From: Candidatus Zhuqueibacterota bacterium
GTDB lineage: Bacteria > Zhuqueibacterota > Zhuqueibacteria > Thermofontimicrobiales > Thermofontimicrobiaceae
Direction: 5' to 3'
NCBI GenBank assembly: GCA_049322915.1
Contig: JBMOPW010000007.1
Span: forward strand, 212,246 to 276,245
Length of the DNA: 64,000 bases
The position numbers and the translations under genes were made by a program. Each line of letters begins with the position of its first letter. Positions within the stretch are counted from its first letter, which is position 1. The notes under the pieces were generated by a model. It was given only the letters and a program-made list of their open reading frames with translations, was not told where the DNA came from and did no database searches. Of this stretch, positions 9,070 to 20,527 are shown one piece after another.

Positions 9070-9184
9070 AAGGCTCGAAAAAACAGCGATGCCAGGGGCA
9101 ATTTGTCCTGTCCGTTCGTGGTTGCATTTTACCCATACCTGGGAGAATGCGCGAATCCCGATTTTGTTTGAAGGAGTGATTGGT

Positions 9185-9736
9185 ATGAAGAAAAATGGAC
9201 TCTATCTCGTTTTGGTTGCACTGATATTCCTGATGTTCGGATGCAGTGGCACACAGCAGTTAACCAAAGAGAGCGATACAGCAGTTGAAAAACAGCGAGG
9301 AACCGGGATAATAAATGAATATTTCGATCCCCTCATTCTGGAAGATGACGATCTGGTTATTAAAAAAACGATCAGCACAGAATCACGATCCGATAACATG
9401 GAAGCTGTTTTGACAGAACCGACGATGACAGGAACGCAGCCGGATCAACTACCTGGTTTTCGTGTCCAGATTTGCGCGGTATCCGAAGAAGAAAAAGCCC
9501 GGCAAATTCAGCGAGAGGCCATCCTTCGCTTCACCGAAGAAGAAGTGTATTTGATCTACGATAATCCGTATTATAAAGTCCGTGTTGGCAATTGTTTAAC
9601 CCGCTATGATGCGGACAAATTGCAGCAGTTTGCAGTTGAAAAAGGATTTACCGATGCCTGGGTTGTCAAGACAAAAATAAAGCCCAATCCGCAAAAAGAG
9701 GTTCCTCAGAATCCTGATTTGAATGCTCCCAAATAA
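9185..9736 (+). CDS. SPOR-domain lipoprotein (peptidoglycan binding)
   Basis: MKK-hydrophobic-MFGC lipobox; C-terminal GFRVQI...PYYKVRVG...GFTDAWVV; GAAGGAG upstream. Confidence 0.85.
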   Translation: MKKNGLYLVLVALIFLMFGCSGTQQLTKESDTAVEKQRGTGIINEYFDPLILEDDDLVIKKTISTESRSDNMEAVLTEPTMTGTQPDQLPGFRVQICAVSEEEKARQIQREAILRFTEEEVYLIYDNPYYKVRVGNCLTRYDADKLQQFAVEKGFTDAWVVKTKIKPNPQKEVPQNPDLNAPK

Positions 9737-9746
9737 TGTTCGCACG

Positions 9747-9795
9747 AAGCCTGAATTTTCGGACAAGTGGTCGTCAAGCCCGGAAATTCAAGCTT
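9747..9795 (+). terminator. Stem-loop after the SPOR gene, possible terminator
   Basis: 16-bp imperfect inverted repeat AAGCCTGAATTTTCGG / CCGGAAATTCAAGCTT. Confidence 0.45.
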
Positions 9796-9871
9796 TGTCT
9801 GCGACGATCCAAAATGCCCTATCAAACTGACTTAAAAAATTGAAAAACATACGTGAGAAATAATTTTTCAT

Positions 9872-9900
9872 TTGGAATATGGTAAAAAATTTATTAAATT
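9872..9900 (+). promoter_or_regulatory. Putative sigma70 promoter for yebC-ruvCAB
   Basis: TTGGAA-N17-TAAATT, 30 nt upstream of yebC. Confidence 0.4.
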
Positions 9901-9930
9901 AGGCGGTTTATTTTCATTAGGAGAACAACT

Positions 9931-10683
9931 ATGTCAGGTCACTCGAAATGGAGTACAATAAAACGTAAAAAAGCAAAGACCGATGCGCAGAGGGGAAAGA
10001 TCTTCACCAAGATCATCAAAGAAATAACGGTTGCAGCGCGCACCGGGGGAGGCGATGATACCTCCAATCCCGCATTACGAAATGCGATCCTTGCAGCCAA
10101 AGCCGCCAACATGCCGGCGATGAATATCGAACGGGCCATTAAAAAGGGAACTGGTGAATTGCCGGGTGTCGTCTACGAAGACATCACCTACGAAAGCTAT
10201 GGTCCGGGTGGCACGGCGCTGCTCATTCACGTCCTGACGGACAATAAAAATCGCACCGTTTCCGAGATACGGCACATCCTTTCCCGGCACAACGGCAGTC
10301 TGGGTGAGAGTGGTTGCGTTTCCTGGAACTTCGAAAAGAAGGGAATCATCACTGTGAATTCGGATAAAATTTCCGAGGATGATTTACTGGAGATAGTGGT
10401 CGAAGCCGGCGGTGATGACCTGCGCAAGGAAGACGATAGCTTCGAAATTATCACCCGTCCAGATGCGTTTGAGAGCGTCAAAGAGGCGCTGGCTCAAAAG
10501 AATATCGAAATCATCGAAGCCGATTTGACCCTGCATCCGAAGACCACGGTGAAGGTCGAACGGAAGGAAGCGGAACAACTGCTGAAGTTGGTGGATTTGC
10601 TGGAAGATCACGATGACGTCAATAACGTGTATGCCAACTTCGACATCGACCCTGAGATCATGGCGGAACTGGAGCAGGAATAA
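9931..10683 (+). CDS. yebC: YebC/PmpR family protein
   Basis: MSGHSKWSTIKRKK, YGPGG, TDNKNRT, LEDHDDVNNVYAN. Confidence 0.96.
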   Translation: MSGHSKWSTIKRKKAKTDAQRGKIFTKIIKEITVAARTGGGDDTSNPALRNAILAAKAANMPAMNIERAIKKGTGELPGVVYEDITYESYGPGGTALLIHVLTDNKNRTVSEIRHILSRHNGSLGESGCVSWNFEKKGIITVNSDKISEDDLLEIVVEAGGDDLRKEDDSFEIITRPDAFESVKEALAQKNIEIIEADLTLHPKTTVKVERKEAEQLLKLVDLLEDHDDVNNVYANFDIDPEIMAELEQE

Positions 10684-10757
10684 TTCACTTTCAAGTCTGC
10701 CACTGGACAGAGTTGGTTTGCTGTTATTTTCGTTATCGATGAAAAAATGAGCGCACC

Positions 10758-11246
10758 ATGCTAATTCTCGGCGTTGATCCGGGCATTCAACATGTGGGGT
10801 ATGCGGTTTTGGAAGCTGTTGGGGGTCAAATTGCAATCAAGCACTTCGGCAGCATCGATACCGATACATCCATGCCGTTCGAAAAACGGTTGAAAAAGAT
10901 TTATGATCAATTGGTCGAAATGATCGCGCAATTTCAACCATCGGTGTTGGCGCTGGAGGAGGTTTTCTACTCGCACAATGTCAAGGTCGCTTTGAAACTG
11001 GGTCACGCGCGTGGCGTGACGTTGATCGCCGCAGCGAATTTTGGCATTCCGGCCGCTGAATATTCACCCCGGGAAATTAAACAGGCTGTGACTGGCAACG
11101 GAAATGCCTCGAAACACCAGGTGCAACAAATGATTGGGCGATTGCTGAATCTCGCGTCAATTCCAGGCCAGTATGACCTCACCGATGCAATGGCTGTTGC
11201 GTACTGCCACAGCCAGAGGATGAAGATAAAATCCATCGTACAATAA
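10758..11246 (+). CDS. ruvC: Holliday junction resolvase RuvC
   Basis: ILGVDPG, LGHARGV, EYSPREIKQAVTGNGNASK, TDAMAVAYCH. Confidence 0.95.
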   Translation: MLILGVDPGIQHVGYAVLEAVGGQIAIKHFGSIDTDTSMPFEKRLKKIYDQLVEMIAQFQPSVLALEEVFYSHNVKVALKLGHARGVTLIAAANFGIPAAEYSPREIKQAVTGNGNASKHQVQQMIGRLLNLASIPGQYDLTDAMAVAYCHSQRMKIKSIVQ

Positions 11247-11269
11247 ATTTCAAGCACGCGGAATAATGC

Positions 11270-11872
11270 ATGATACATTTTTTGCAGGGTATCCTCGTTG
11301 ATAAGTCGCCGACCAAAGCCGTCCTGGATGTGCAGGGAGTTGGATTTGAATTAAATATCACGTTGCCCTGTTTTGAAAATCTTGCTGAAATTGGCCAGAC
11401 CGCTCACATCATTACCTATCTTCATGTTCGGGAAGACATCCTGCAACTGTACGGATTCTCTTCGCGGGCAGAACGCGAACTTTTTTTACAGCTCATCGGC
11501 ACGCCGGGGATTGGGCCGAAAAAAGCCCAGGCAATTCTCTCCAGCGTGACCGTTGATCTTTTTCAGAGATATATCATCGAAGAAGATTTGAATGCTCTAA
11601 CCTCGCTCTCCGGCGTTGGGAAGAAGACAGCGCAGCGATTGATACTGGACTTGAAGGACAAAATTTCTCTGCTTCCGCTCACAGGCCAGGCAGTTTTACC
11701 GGAACGGAAAGTGACAGAGCTCGATCGATTGATCGACGATGCACTGCTGGCATTGACATCGTTAGGATTCAATAAAAACAGCGCCCAGACGGCGATTCAG
11801 AAAGTACTGCAGCAGACTGACGGGAGACTCGCCCTGGAAGAAGTAATCAAGCAGGCATTGCGCCTGTTGTGA
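11270..11872 (+). CDS. ruvA: Holliday junction branch migration protein RuvA
   Basis: LHVRED..LYGF, HhH motifs PGIGPKKA and [17 protein letters not shown]. Confidence 0.96.
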   Translation: MIHFLQGILVDKSPTKAVLDVQGVGFELNITLPCFENLAEIGQTAHIITYLHVREDILQLYGFSSRAERELFLQLIGTPGIGPKKAQAILSSVTVDLFQRYIIEEDLNALTSLSGVGKKTAQRLILDLKDKISLLPLTGQAVLPERKVTELDRLIDDALLALTSLGFNKNSAQTAIQKVLQQTDGRLALEEVIKQALRLL

Positions 11873-11894
11873 CATCATTTTTTTGTGCACGATT

Positions 11895-12926
11895 ATGACT
11901 GTTGAGCAGAAACATAGCCCCACCAATCCAGATCGGTTTGAGGACGAGTTAGAAATAGACCAGAATTTGAGGCCATTAAAATTTTCTGACTTCATCGGCC
12001 AGGAGAAAATAAAAGCCAATCTCAATGTCTTCATTCAGGCGGCGAAAACGCGCGGCGAGGCGTTGGATCATGTCCTGTTTTATGGCCCGCCTGGATTGGG
12101 CAAAACAACGCTGGCGCATATCATTGCCAGTGAACTCCATTCCAATGTCAGAATGACTTCCGGCCCGGCATTGGAGAAGGCCGGCGACCTGGCCGGCATT
12201 TTGACCAATTTATCCGACCGGGATGTGTTATTCATCGACGAAATCCATCGGTTGAATCACACGATTGAAGAGTATTTATATCCGGCGTTGGAGGATTTCA
12301 AGCTCGACATTATTCTGGATAAAGGCGCAAACGCGCGATCGATTCAATTAACGCTGCCCCATTTCACACTCGTCGGTGCGACCACCCGCGCCGGCTTATT
12401 GACGTCTCCCTTGCGCGCCCGGTTCGGTGTGGTGAGCCGCCTCGATTATTATACTGCCGAAGAGTTACAGATCATTATCAAACGGTCAGCGAAAATTATG
12501 GATATTGCAATTGATGAAAACGCTGCCTTTGAGATCGCTCGTCGCTCACGAGGAACACCACGCATTGCCAACCGCCTCCTGCGTCGTGTAAGGGATTTTG
12601 CCCAGGTCACCGGCGATGGAACGATTGACATGGAAATAACGCACAAGTCCCTGCTGCAACTTGATGTCGATGAGAGAGGACTTGATGAAATGGATAAACG
12701 AATCATAAAAACGATCATCACAAAATTCAAGGGTGGGCCTGTTGGTGTCAATACGTTAGCTTTAGCCGTGGGAGAAGAAAGTGGTACTCTGGAAGAAGTG
12801 TATGAACCATTCCTGGTTCAGCAAGGATTTTTAAATCGCACGCCGCGTGGTAGGATGGCCACTGAGCTTGCATATTCACATTTTGGCTTGGCTTTTAAGA
12901 CTCACGACCAACAAAAATTATTTTAA
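11895..12926 (+). CDS. ruvB: Holliday junction branch migration helicase RuvB
   Basis: LRP...[41 protein letters not shown]. Confidence 0.97.
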   Translation: MTVEQKHSPTNPDRFEDELEIDQNLRPLKFSDFIGQEKIKANLNVFIQAAKTRGEALDHVLFYGPPGLGKTTLAHIIASELHSNVRMTSGPALEKAGDLAGILTNLSDRDVLFIDEIHRLNHTIEEYLYPALEDFKLDIILDKGANARSIQLTLPHFTLVGATTRAGLLTSPLRARFGVVSRLDYYTAEELQIIIKRSAKIMDIAIDENAAFEIARRSRGTPRIANRLLRRVRDFAQVTGDGTIDMEITHKSLLQLDVDERGLDEMDKRIIKTIITKFKGGPVGVNTLALAVGEESGTLEEVYEPFLVQQGFLNRTPRGRMATELAYSHFGLAFKTHDQQKLF

Positions 12927-12937
12927 GGAGCCACAAA

Positions 12938-13966
12938 ATGAAACTGTCTGATTTTAAATACAATTTACCAGGTGATCTCATCGCACAGTATCCAACCGAT
13001 AAACGTGATCAATCTCGGCTCATGATTCTGGATCGGCATACTGAAACCATTGAAACAAAAAAATTTTCCGATATCACCGACTATATAAATGAAGGCGACA
13101 GCCTTGTCCTAAACCATACGAAAGTATTTCCAGCGCGATTGATGGCCACGAAAGATAAGACCGATGCTCAGGTTGAGATTTTTCTGCTTCGCGAGTTGGA
13201 AAACAGTCTTTGGGAAGTGCTGGTGAAGCCGGCTCGCAAAGTTCGCGTGGGCAATCGGCTTACAATTAGCAAAGACTTTATCTGTGACGTCATCGATAAT
13301 ACCGTATCCGGGGGACGTGTGGTGCGCTTCAGCTACGAAGGTGACTTTTTCAATATTGTTGAGAAGATCGGAAAATCACCATTGCCTCCTTATATTAATA
13401 GAGAGCCGGAAGATATGGATAAGGAGCGCTACCAGACAGTCTACGCCAGTGTCCGCGGCGCTGTGGCAGCGCCAACAGCCGGGCTGCATTTCACCCGGAA
13501 GCTCATCGACAAAGTAGAAAAAAAAGGTGTGAATATTGTCCATGTTCTGCTGCATCTGGGTCTGGGAAGCTTTCGTCCGGTCATGGTTGAAGACCTGAGC
13601 CGGCACAAGATGGATTCCGAGTTTTTTGAAATAAGTCAAGCGGCATCGGATACCATTAACAAAACCATCAAAAGCGGCGGCAAAGTGGTCGCTGTCGGTA
13701 CAAGCACCGTGCGTGTGCTGGAATCTGTTGTCACTACGGAAGGCTATGTGAAGCCTTTAAAAGGCTGGACGGATAAGTTTATTTATCCACCTTACGATGT
13801 GAAGATTGTGGACCGCATGATTACGAATTTCCATTTACCCTGTTCCACGCTCATCATGCTGGTTTCGGCGTTTGCTTCCCGGGACTTCATTTTCCGCGCG
13901 TATCAAAAAGCTATCGATGAGAAGTGGCGTTTTTACAGCTACGGCGATGCGATGTTAATCATCTAA
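12938..13966 (+). CDS. queA: S-adenosylmethionine:tRNA ribosyltransferase-isomerase
   Basis: PLPPYI, RYQTVYA, AAPTAGLHFT, VGTS, TNFHLP, RFYSYGDAM. Confidence 0.97.
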   Translation: MKLSDFKYNLPGDLIAQYPTDKRDQSRLMILDRHTETIETKKFSDITDYINEGDSLVLNHTKVFPARLMATKDKTDAQVEIFLLRELENSLWEVLVKPARKVRVGNRLTISKDFICDVIDNTVSGGRVVRFSYEGDFFNIVEKIGKSPLPPYINREPEDMDKERYQTVYASVRGAVAAPTAGLHFTRKLIDKVEKKGVNIVHVLLHLGLGSFRPVMVEDLSRHKMDSEFFEISQAASDTINKTIKSGGKVVAVGTSTVRVLESVVTTEGYVKPLKGWTDKFIYPPYDVKIVDRMITNFHLPCSTLIMLVSAFASRDFIFRAYQKAIDEKWRFYSYGDAMLII

Positions 13967-13978
13967 TGGAGTTGCTGA

Positions 13979-14674
13979 GTGAAATTATGTGCAATCATTG
14001 CAGCTGGCGGTCGCGGTCTGCGAATGAAGAGCGCTGTAAACAAGCAGTTCATAGAAATTGAAAAAAAACCAATCATTGCCCATACGCTGGAGATTTTCGA
14101 ACGCAATGCGCATGTCGATTATATTATCCCGGTCGTCCCTGAAGATTGGCTGCTGTACTTTGCTGAGAATGTGGTCGATACATACAGCTTTGCTAAAATA
14201 AACAAAATCGTCATCGGGGGCCAGAGTCGACAGGAGTCTGTCTTTGCCGGTCTGAAATCACTGGAAGCTGAAATAACCCATATAGTCATTCATGACGCTG
14301 TGCGGCCGTTTCTGGATCAGAGTTCGCTGAATGAGATTGTAGCGACCGGTGAACGAACCGGCGCGGCTATATTGGCCATGCCTGTCAGTGATACATTGAA
14401 ACAGGTTCAGAACGGAATAGTTGAAAAAACATTGGATCGTTCGGCGATCTGGCGCGTTCAAACACCTCAGATGTTCGAACGAATGGTCATCGTTCGGGCG
14501 TATCAAAAGGCATTCGAGGATGGGGTATGGGCGACGGATGATGCTTCACTTGTGGAGCGCCTGGGTTACAAGGTTCATATTGTGGAAGGCCGGGCTTCGA
14601 ATATCAAAATAACAACTCCAGACGATTTATTGTTAGCAACGTACATCCTGACAGCGAAGACGTATGTGATATGA
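13979..14674 (+). CDS. ispD: 2-C-methyl-D-erythritol 4-phosphate cytidylyltransferase
   Basis: AAGGRGLRM...KQF, RQESV, IHDAVRPF, QTPQ, TDDAS, NIKITT. Confidence 0.95.
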   Translation: MKLCAIIAAGGRGLRMKSAVNKQFIEIEKKPIIAHTLEIFERNAHVDYIIPVVPEDWLLYFAENVVDTYSFAKINKIVIGGQSRQESVFAGLKSLEAEITHIVIHDAVRPFLDQSSLNEIVATGERTGAAILAMPVSDTLKQVQNGIVEKTLDRSAIWRVQTPQMFERMVIVRAYQKAFEDGVWATDDASLVERLGYKVHIVEGRASNIKITTPDDLLLATYILTAKTYVI

Positions 14675-15147
14675 TTCGAATTGGTTTTGGATATGATGTT
14701 CATCGACTTGTATGCGATCGCAAACTTATTTTAGGAGGCATCGGGATTCCCTATGAAAAGGGTCTGTTGGGTCATTCAGATGCCGATGTGTTGAGCCATG
14801 CAATTGGTGATGCGTTGCTAGGGGCTGCGGCGTTGCGGGATATTGGCCATCACTTTCCTCCGAGCGAGCAGAAGTTTAAAGACATCTCCAGCCTCGTTAT
14901 TCTAAAAGAAATAACTGCATTGTTGCGACAGGCCGGCTTTGAAATCGTCAATGTGGACTCGACCATTGTAGCCGAAAATCCGAAGATGAAGCCCTACATA
15001 GACGCCATGGTGAGTGCATTAGGTGAAGTATTGGGTATTGAAATGAGTCAAGTATCCGTGAAAGCCACAACGACAGAAGGTCTGGGATTTACCGGAATAG
15101 GAGAGGGCATTGCTGCGTACGCTGTGGCTGTTGTCATGAAACGATAA
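14671..15147 (+). CDS. ispF: 2-C-methyl-D-erythritol 2,4-cyclodiphosphate synthase
   Basis: RIGFGYDVH, GHSDADV, DIGHHFP, KATTTEGLGF; ATGA overlap with ispD. Confidence 0.96.
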   Translation: MIRIGFGYDVHRLVCDRKLILGGIGIPYEKGLLGHSDADVLSHAIGDALLGAAALRDIGHHFPPSEQKFKDISSLVILKEITALLRQAGFEIVNVDSTIVAENPKMKPYIDAMVSALGEVLGIEMSQVSVKATTTEGLGFTGIGEGIAAYAVAVVMKR

Positions 15148-15216
15148 TTTTCTCTCCACGTGAAAACCAAACACCGGATGCATTTTGGCCAGATAATTAA
15201 TTATTGATAAGGATAG

Positions 15217-16659
15217 ATGTTCACTATGGAAACACGAGTACGATTCGCACCAAGCCCAACCGGACATTTGCATATCGGCAATGCGCGAACGGCAATATTG
15301 AATTGGCTCTTTGCCCGTCATATGAATGGAAAATTTTTATTACGGATAGAAGATACCGATCAGGAGCGGTCGGCTGACGAGTATATTAAATTTATTTATG
15401 AAGATCTGCGCTGGTTAGGTTTGTACTGGGATGAAGGCCCTGATGTCGGAGGCCCGCACAAGAATTATCGGCAATCGGAGCGACTGCCAATTTATCAAAG
15501 CTTCGCGAAAAAACTCATGGATCAGGGGCAGGCGTATTACTGTTTCTGCACGCCCGAGGAATTGGAAGTCGCGCGAAAAGAAAGCCTGGCTCGAGGCGAA
15601 AGCAGCATCTACAACGGCCGATGCCGTAATCTCACCAAAGCGGAACAGGACGCTTTCTTTACTGAGGGACGAAAGCCGGCCATTCGATTTAGAGTCCCTG
15701 ATGGCGCCATTTCATTCACGGATGTCGTGAAAGGGGAATTGACTTTCGAGCATGACAATATCGGCGATTTTGTCATCATGCGCGGGGAGGGCATTCCTAC
15801 CTATAATTTTGCCGCAGTTGTGGACGATGGTCTGATGGAAATAACGCATATCATCCGAGGCGACGATCATGTCTCCAATACGCCGCGGCAGGTGGTCATT
15901 TACAACGCCCTGGGATTCACTATTCCGGTGTTTGTGCATATCCCCATGATACTTGGCCAGGACAGAACGCGTCTTTCCAAACGGCATGGCGCCACATCCA
16001 TCGACCAGTATCGCTACAAAGGTTACCTGCCGGAAGTGATGATCAATTTTCTCAGCCTGTTGAGCTGGTCTTCAATTTCCGGCGATGAAATTCTTTCCAT
16101 CGAACGGCTGATCGAGGAGTTTGATTTCGGTAGAATTTCAAAATCGGCCGCAGTCTTTGATGTTGAAAAATTAAGCTGGATGAATGGATTCTATCTCAGA
16201 CAAATCGATTTGGATCGACTCACCCATCTGGCCATTCCATACTTGCGACAGGCAAATTACGCTGTGGATAATTTTGAAAATGTGAAAAGAAATATTAAGG
16301 TGATCCGGGATAAAATTGAGACACTGGATCAGGTTGTTGAACAGGCGGCGGTATTCTACCAGGATCATGCTGCAATCGACAACCCGGAGGCGAAATTGAT
16401 GGTACGCAAAGATAGTTCGCAAAAGATTTTCTGGTCCTTTCTTCGCGAGCTGAATACCATCGAGGTGCTGGATGTGGATATTTTCCGGCTCATCATGAAA
16501 ACAGTCCAGAAAGAGACCGGCGTGATGGGAAAGGATTTGTGGATGCCCATCCGCATCGCATTGACGGGCAAGATGCATGGCCCTGAGTTGCCCGAAGTCG
16601 CTGAGATACTCGGTAAAGAGAAATGCGAAAAATTCATCCGGGAATCATTGACAAAATAG
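15217..16659 (+). CDS. gltX: Glutamate--tRNA ligase
   Basis: RVRFAPSPTGHLHIG, RIEDTD, IRGDDH, LSKRHG. Confidence 0.96.
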   Translation: MFTMETRVRFAPSPTGHLHIGNARTAILNWLFARHMNGKFLLRIEDTDQERSADEYIKFIYEDLRWLGLYWDEGPDVGGPHKNYRQSERLPIYQSFAKKLMDQGQAYYCFCTPEELEVARKESLARGESSIYNGRCRNLTKAEQDAFFTEGRKPAIRFRVPDGAISFTDVVKGELTFEHDNIGDFVIMRGEGIPTYNFAAVVDDGLMEITHIIRGDDHVSNTPRQVVIYNALGFTIPVFVHIPMILGQDRTRLSKRHGATSIDQYRYKGYLPEVMINFLSLLSWSSISGDEILSIERLIEEFDFGRISKSAAVFDVEKLSWMNGFYLRQIDLDRLTHLAIPYLRQANYAVDNFENVKRNIKVIRDKIETLDQVVEQAAVFYQDHAAIDNPEAKLMVRKDSSQKIFWSFLRELNTIEVLDVDIFRLIMKTVQKETGVMGKDLWMPIRIALTGKMHGPELPEVAEILGKEKCEKFIRESLTK

Positions 16660-16867
16660 CCTTTAAAAATATGACCCATTTTTCGGATGACGGATATAAT
16701 ATAAATGAAGGAATGATGTCTGACTGAAACTGCAAGGCTTGTTCGAGGCGCAGATTACTCAGGGACAATCCTAATGGAATTCCACTGATTTGAAGAGCAA
16801 TTCAAACAGTACGACGGAACTGGAATTGTGTCGTCACTCGTAACAAAAGAATCAGAGGTTAAAAACG

Positions 16868-18292
16868 ATGTCGCTGAAAATTTATAATACATTGACGCGA
16901 ACGAAGGAGGAATTCGTTCCTGTTGAACCCGGCAAAGTGACCATATATCTGTGCGGTCCCACGGTATATGATTATATCCATGTCGGAAATGCCCGGCCCT
17001 TCATCATGTACGATATTTTCCGTCGCTATCTGGAATACAAAGGATTTCAGGTGAAGCTGGTTGTGAATTTGACGGACATCGATGACCACATTATTGAGAA
17101 GTCCATCAAAGAAAAAATTTCGGCCAGACAGGTGTCAGAAAAATACACCAGCGCATTCTTCGAGGATACCAGGCGCCTGGGCATTAAGCCGGCGAGCATC
17201 AATCCCAAAGCGACCGAAAATGTCGACGGCATCATCGCGTTGATAACCACCCTGATCGAGAAAGGCATGGCCTATTCCATCAATGGCGATGTATTTTATC
17301 GCATCGGGAAATTCAAGGATTATGGAAAACTGTCCGGCAAGAATATTGATGAATTGCAATCCGGTGCACGGGTTGAAGTGGACAAGCGCAAAGAGAATCC
17401 TCTGGATTTCGCATTGTGGAAATCGGCTAAAGAAGGGGAGCCGTTTTGGGAAAGCCCCTGGGGCAATGGTCGGCCGGGCTGGCATATTGAATGTTCGGTC
17501 ATGTCGATGAAATATTTGGGTGAGACAATTGATATCCATGCTGGCGGAAGTGATTTGATCTTTCCGCATCATGAAAATGAAATCGCTCAGAGCGAAGGCG
17601 CAACCGGAAAGCCTTTTGTCAGGTATTGGATGCACAACGGATTTTTAAATATTGAAGGCGAAAAAATGTCAAAGTCCCTTGGGAATTTTTTCACAGCCAG
17701 GGAAGTATTGGCCAAATACGATGCCAGCGCCATTCGTATGTTTTTTCTGCTTAAGCACTATCGAAGCCCGATTAATTTCAGCGAGGAGCGAATTCTCGAA
17801 GCGCAGCAGGCGCTGAAACGAATCATGACCACATTGGAGGCGATCAATAGGGTCTTAAAAGGTCATGCATTCGATAAAGAAGTAACTCGCTCCGGTCAAT
17901 TGGACATTGTTGAGGAATTGAGGAAAGACTTCCTGATTGAAATGGACGATGATTTCAATACGGCAGGAGCAATGTCCAAAATATTTGAACTGGTGAAAGA
18001 GGCCAATTTAATTCTGGTAAAAACGGATTTGACCGATGAGGAACTCAGGTCGCTGTGGAAAATAAAAATTATCATTGAAGAGTTCGATGTTTTCCTGGGA
18101 ATTCTGACTGTGAAAAATACCACCCAGTCTTCAAATATCGAAGCGTCTCTTATTGAGTTATTGATCGAAACGCGGAAAAAAACTCGGGAAGCGCGACTAT
18201 GGGATTTAGCCGATCACATCCGGAATCGACTGAACGACATCGGAATTGAGTTGATGGACCGTCCTGACAGGACTACCTGGAGAAAAAAATAA
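16868..18292 (+). CDS. cysS: Cysteine--tRNA ligase
   Basis: CGPTVYD..HVGNAR, DFALWK, GRPGWHIECS, FPHHENE, KMSKSLGN. Confidence 0.97.
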   Translation: MSLKIYNTLTRTKEEFVPVEPGKVTIYLCGPTVYDYIHVGNARPFIMYDIFRRYLEYKGFQVKLVVNLTDIDDHIIEKSIKEKISARQVSEKYTSAFFEDTRRLGIKPASINPKATENVDGIIALITTLIEKGMAYSINGDVFYRIGKFKDYGKLSGKNIDELQSGARVEVDKRKENPLDFALWKSAKEGEPFWESPWGNGRPGWHIECSVMSMKYLGETIDIHAGGSDLIFPHHENEIAQSEGATGKPFVRYWMHNGFLNIEGEKMSKSLGNFFTAREVLAKYDASAIRMFFLLKHYRSPINFSEERILEAQQALKRIMTTLEAINRVLKGHAFDKEVTRSGQLDIVEELRKDFLIEMDDDFNTAGAMSKIFELVKEANLILVKTDLTDEELRSLWKIKIIIEEFDVFLGILTVKNTTQSSNIEASLIELLIETRKKTREARLWDLADHIRNRLNDIGIELMDRPDRTTWRKK

Positions 18293-18302
18293 AAAAAAAG
18301 TC

Positions 18303-18330
18303 TTGACTTTGAGAAAAAAATTCATATATT
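18303..18330 (+). promoter_or_regulatory. Promoter of the tRNA-tuf operon
   Basis: TTGACT-N16-TATATT preceded by an A-tract (UP-element-like). Confidence 0.65.
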
Positions 18331-18401
18331 TAGAGTTTTAGCTAAAAAACAAGCAATGCCATTTTCAAAATAAATTATTAAAATTTGGTTAAAAAATAGC
18401 T

Positions 18402-18474
18402 GCCACCATAGCTCAGTAGGTAGAGCACCTCACTTGTAATGAGGACGTCGCGGGTTCGATTCCTGCTGGTGGCT
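18402..18474 (+). tRNA. tRNA-Thr(TGT)
   Basis: Cloverleaf; acceptor GCCACCA/TGGTGGC; anticodon arm CCTCA-CT-TGT-AA-TGAGG; GTTCGA. Confidence 0.96.
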
Positions 18475-18485
18475 CAGCAATAGAT

Positions 18486-18567
18486 GGGAAGGTTCCCGAG
18501 TGGCCAAAGGGAACAGACTGTAAATCTGTCGGCTCAGCCTTCGGAGGTTCGAATCCTCCCCTTCCCA
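18486..18567 (+). tRNA. tRNA-Tyr(GTA)
   Basis: Acceptor GGGAAGG/CCTTCCC; ACAGA-CT-GTA-AA-TCTGT; long variable arm. Confidence 0.96.
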
Positions 18568-18592
18568 CAAAACTATGAGATAGCGCTGTATT

Positions 18593-18666
18593 GCGGGAAT
18601 AGCTCAGTAGGCTAGAGCATCAGCCTTCCAAGCTGAATGTCGCGGGTTCGAATCCCGTTTCCCGCT
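18593..18666 (+). tRNA. tRNA-Gly(TCC)
   Basis: Acceptor GCGGGAA/TTCCCGC; TCAGC-CT-TCC-AA-GCTGA. Confidence 0.96.
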
Positions 18667-18674
18667 CAATAAAT

Positions 18675-18850
18675 AAGCCCCTCATGCGGGTTCCCACAAA
18701 TTACACATGACTTGTGATGCAGCACGCGCCAGTTGGATGATTCATTCGAATTTTGAATGTGTGGATTGTGTGGTAAATATGGATTTTATGTGTGAACGTG
18801 AGTGTAATGGGTGTGTTAGTTCGATTTAGGGAACAACGTATGAGGGGTTT
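18675..18850 (+). other. Long closed stem-loop in the tRNA-Gly/tRNA-Thr spacer (candidate ncRNA or insertion)
   Basis: 18675-18688 pairs with 18837-18850 (14 bp, 2 GU); 18690-18695 pairs with 18829-18834. Confidence 0.55.
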
Positions 18851-18916
18851 AGACTGTCAGTACATGAAAGTTAACAATTTATTTTTTGAGAGTAAAAAAG
18901 CAGAAAATCAATACAT

Positions 18917-18989
18917 GCCCACGTAGCTCAGTAGGTAGAGCACATCCTTGGTAAGGATGAGGTCACCAGTTCGATCCTGGTCGTGGGCT
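18917..18989 (+). tRNA. tRNA-Thr(GGT)
   Basis: Acceptor GCCCACG/CGTGGGC; CATCC-TT-GGT-AA-GGATG. Confidence 0.96.
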
Positions 18990-19043
18990 CTGACATAATT
19001 CAAATGGTGAACATAAGTAAATTTTTCGCGGAGGTATTTAGTC

Positions 19044-20246
<1,203 letters not shown>

Positions 20247-20296
20247 TATACTTTTTTTAATAGTAACAGGTACTATCAACGCATGGGTATTGAAAA

Positions 20297-20446
20297 ATGA
20301 GAGACCTTGTAATACTTGAATGCACTGAGTGTAAACGTCGCAACTACAACACGACGAAAAATAAGAAAAAACACGCAGGCCGGGTTGAGTTTAAGAAGTA
20401 CTGTCGATTTTGCAATAAGCACACAACTCATAAAGAATCGCGATAA
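20297..20446 (+). CDS. rpmG: 50S ribosomal protein L33, Zn-binding type (absent from ORF track)
   Basis: Manual translation [49 protein letters not shown]. Confidence 0.95.
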   Translation: MRDLVILECTECKRRNYNTTKNKKKHAGRVEFKKYCRFCNKHTTHKESR

Positions 20447-20453
20447 ATTGGTT

Positions 20454-20527
20454 AGGCCAGTAGCTCTAACGGCTAGAGCACCGGTCTCCAAAACCGGGTG
20501 TTGGGGGTTCGAATCCCTCCTGGCCTG
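20454..20527 (+). tRNA. tRNA-Trp(CCA)
   Basis: Acceptor AGGCCAG/CTGGCCT; CCGGT-CT-CCA-AA-ACCGG; canonical position before secE. Confidence 0.95.

Noticed and set aside
9041..9184. N-terminal extension of the SPOR ORF from TTG 9041
   Set aside because: That TTG is the -35 box; the lipoprotein signal peptide starts at ATG 9185.
16660..16867. T-box riboswitch before cysS
   Set aside because: No TGGNACC antiterminator bulge and no terminator; kept only as an unknown structured leader.
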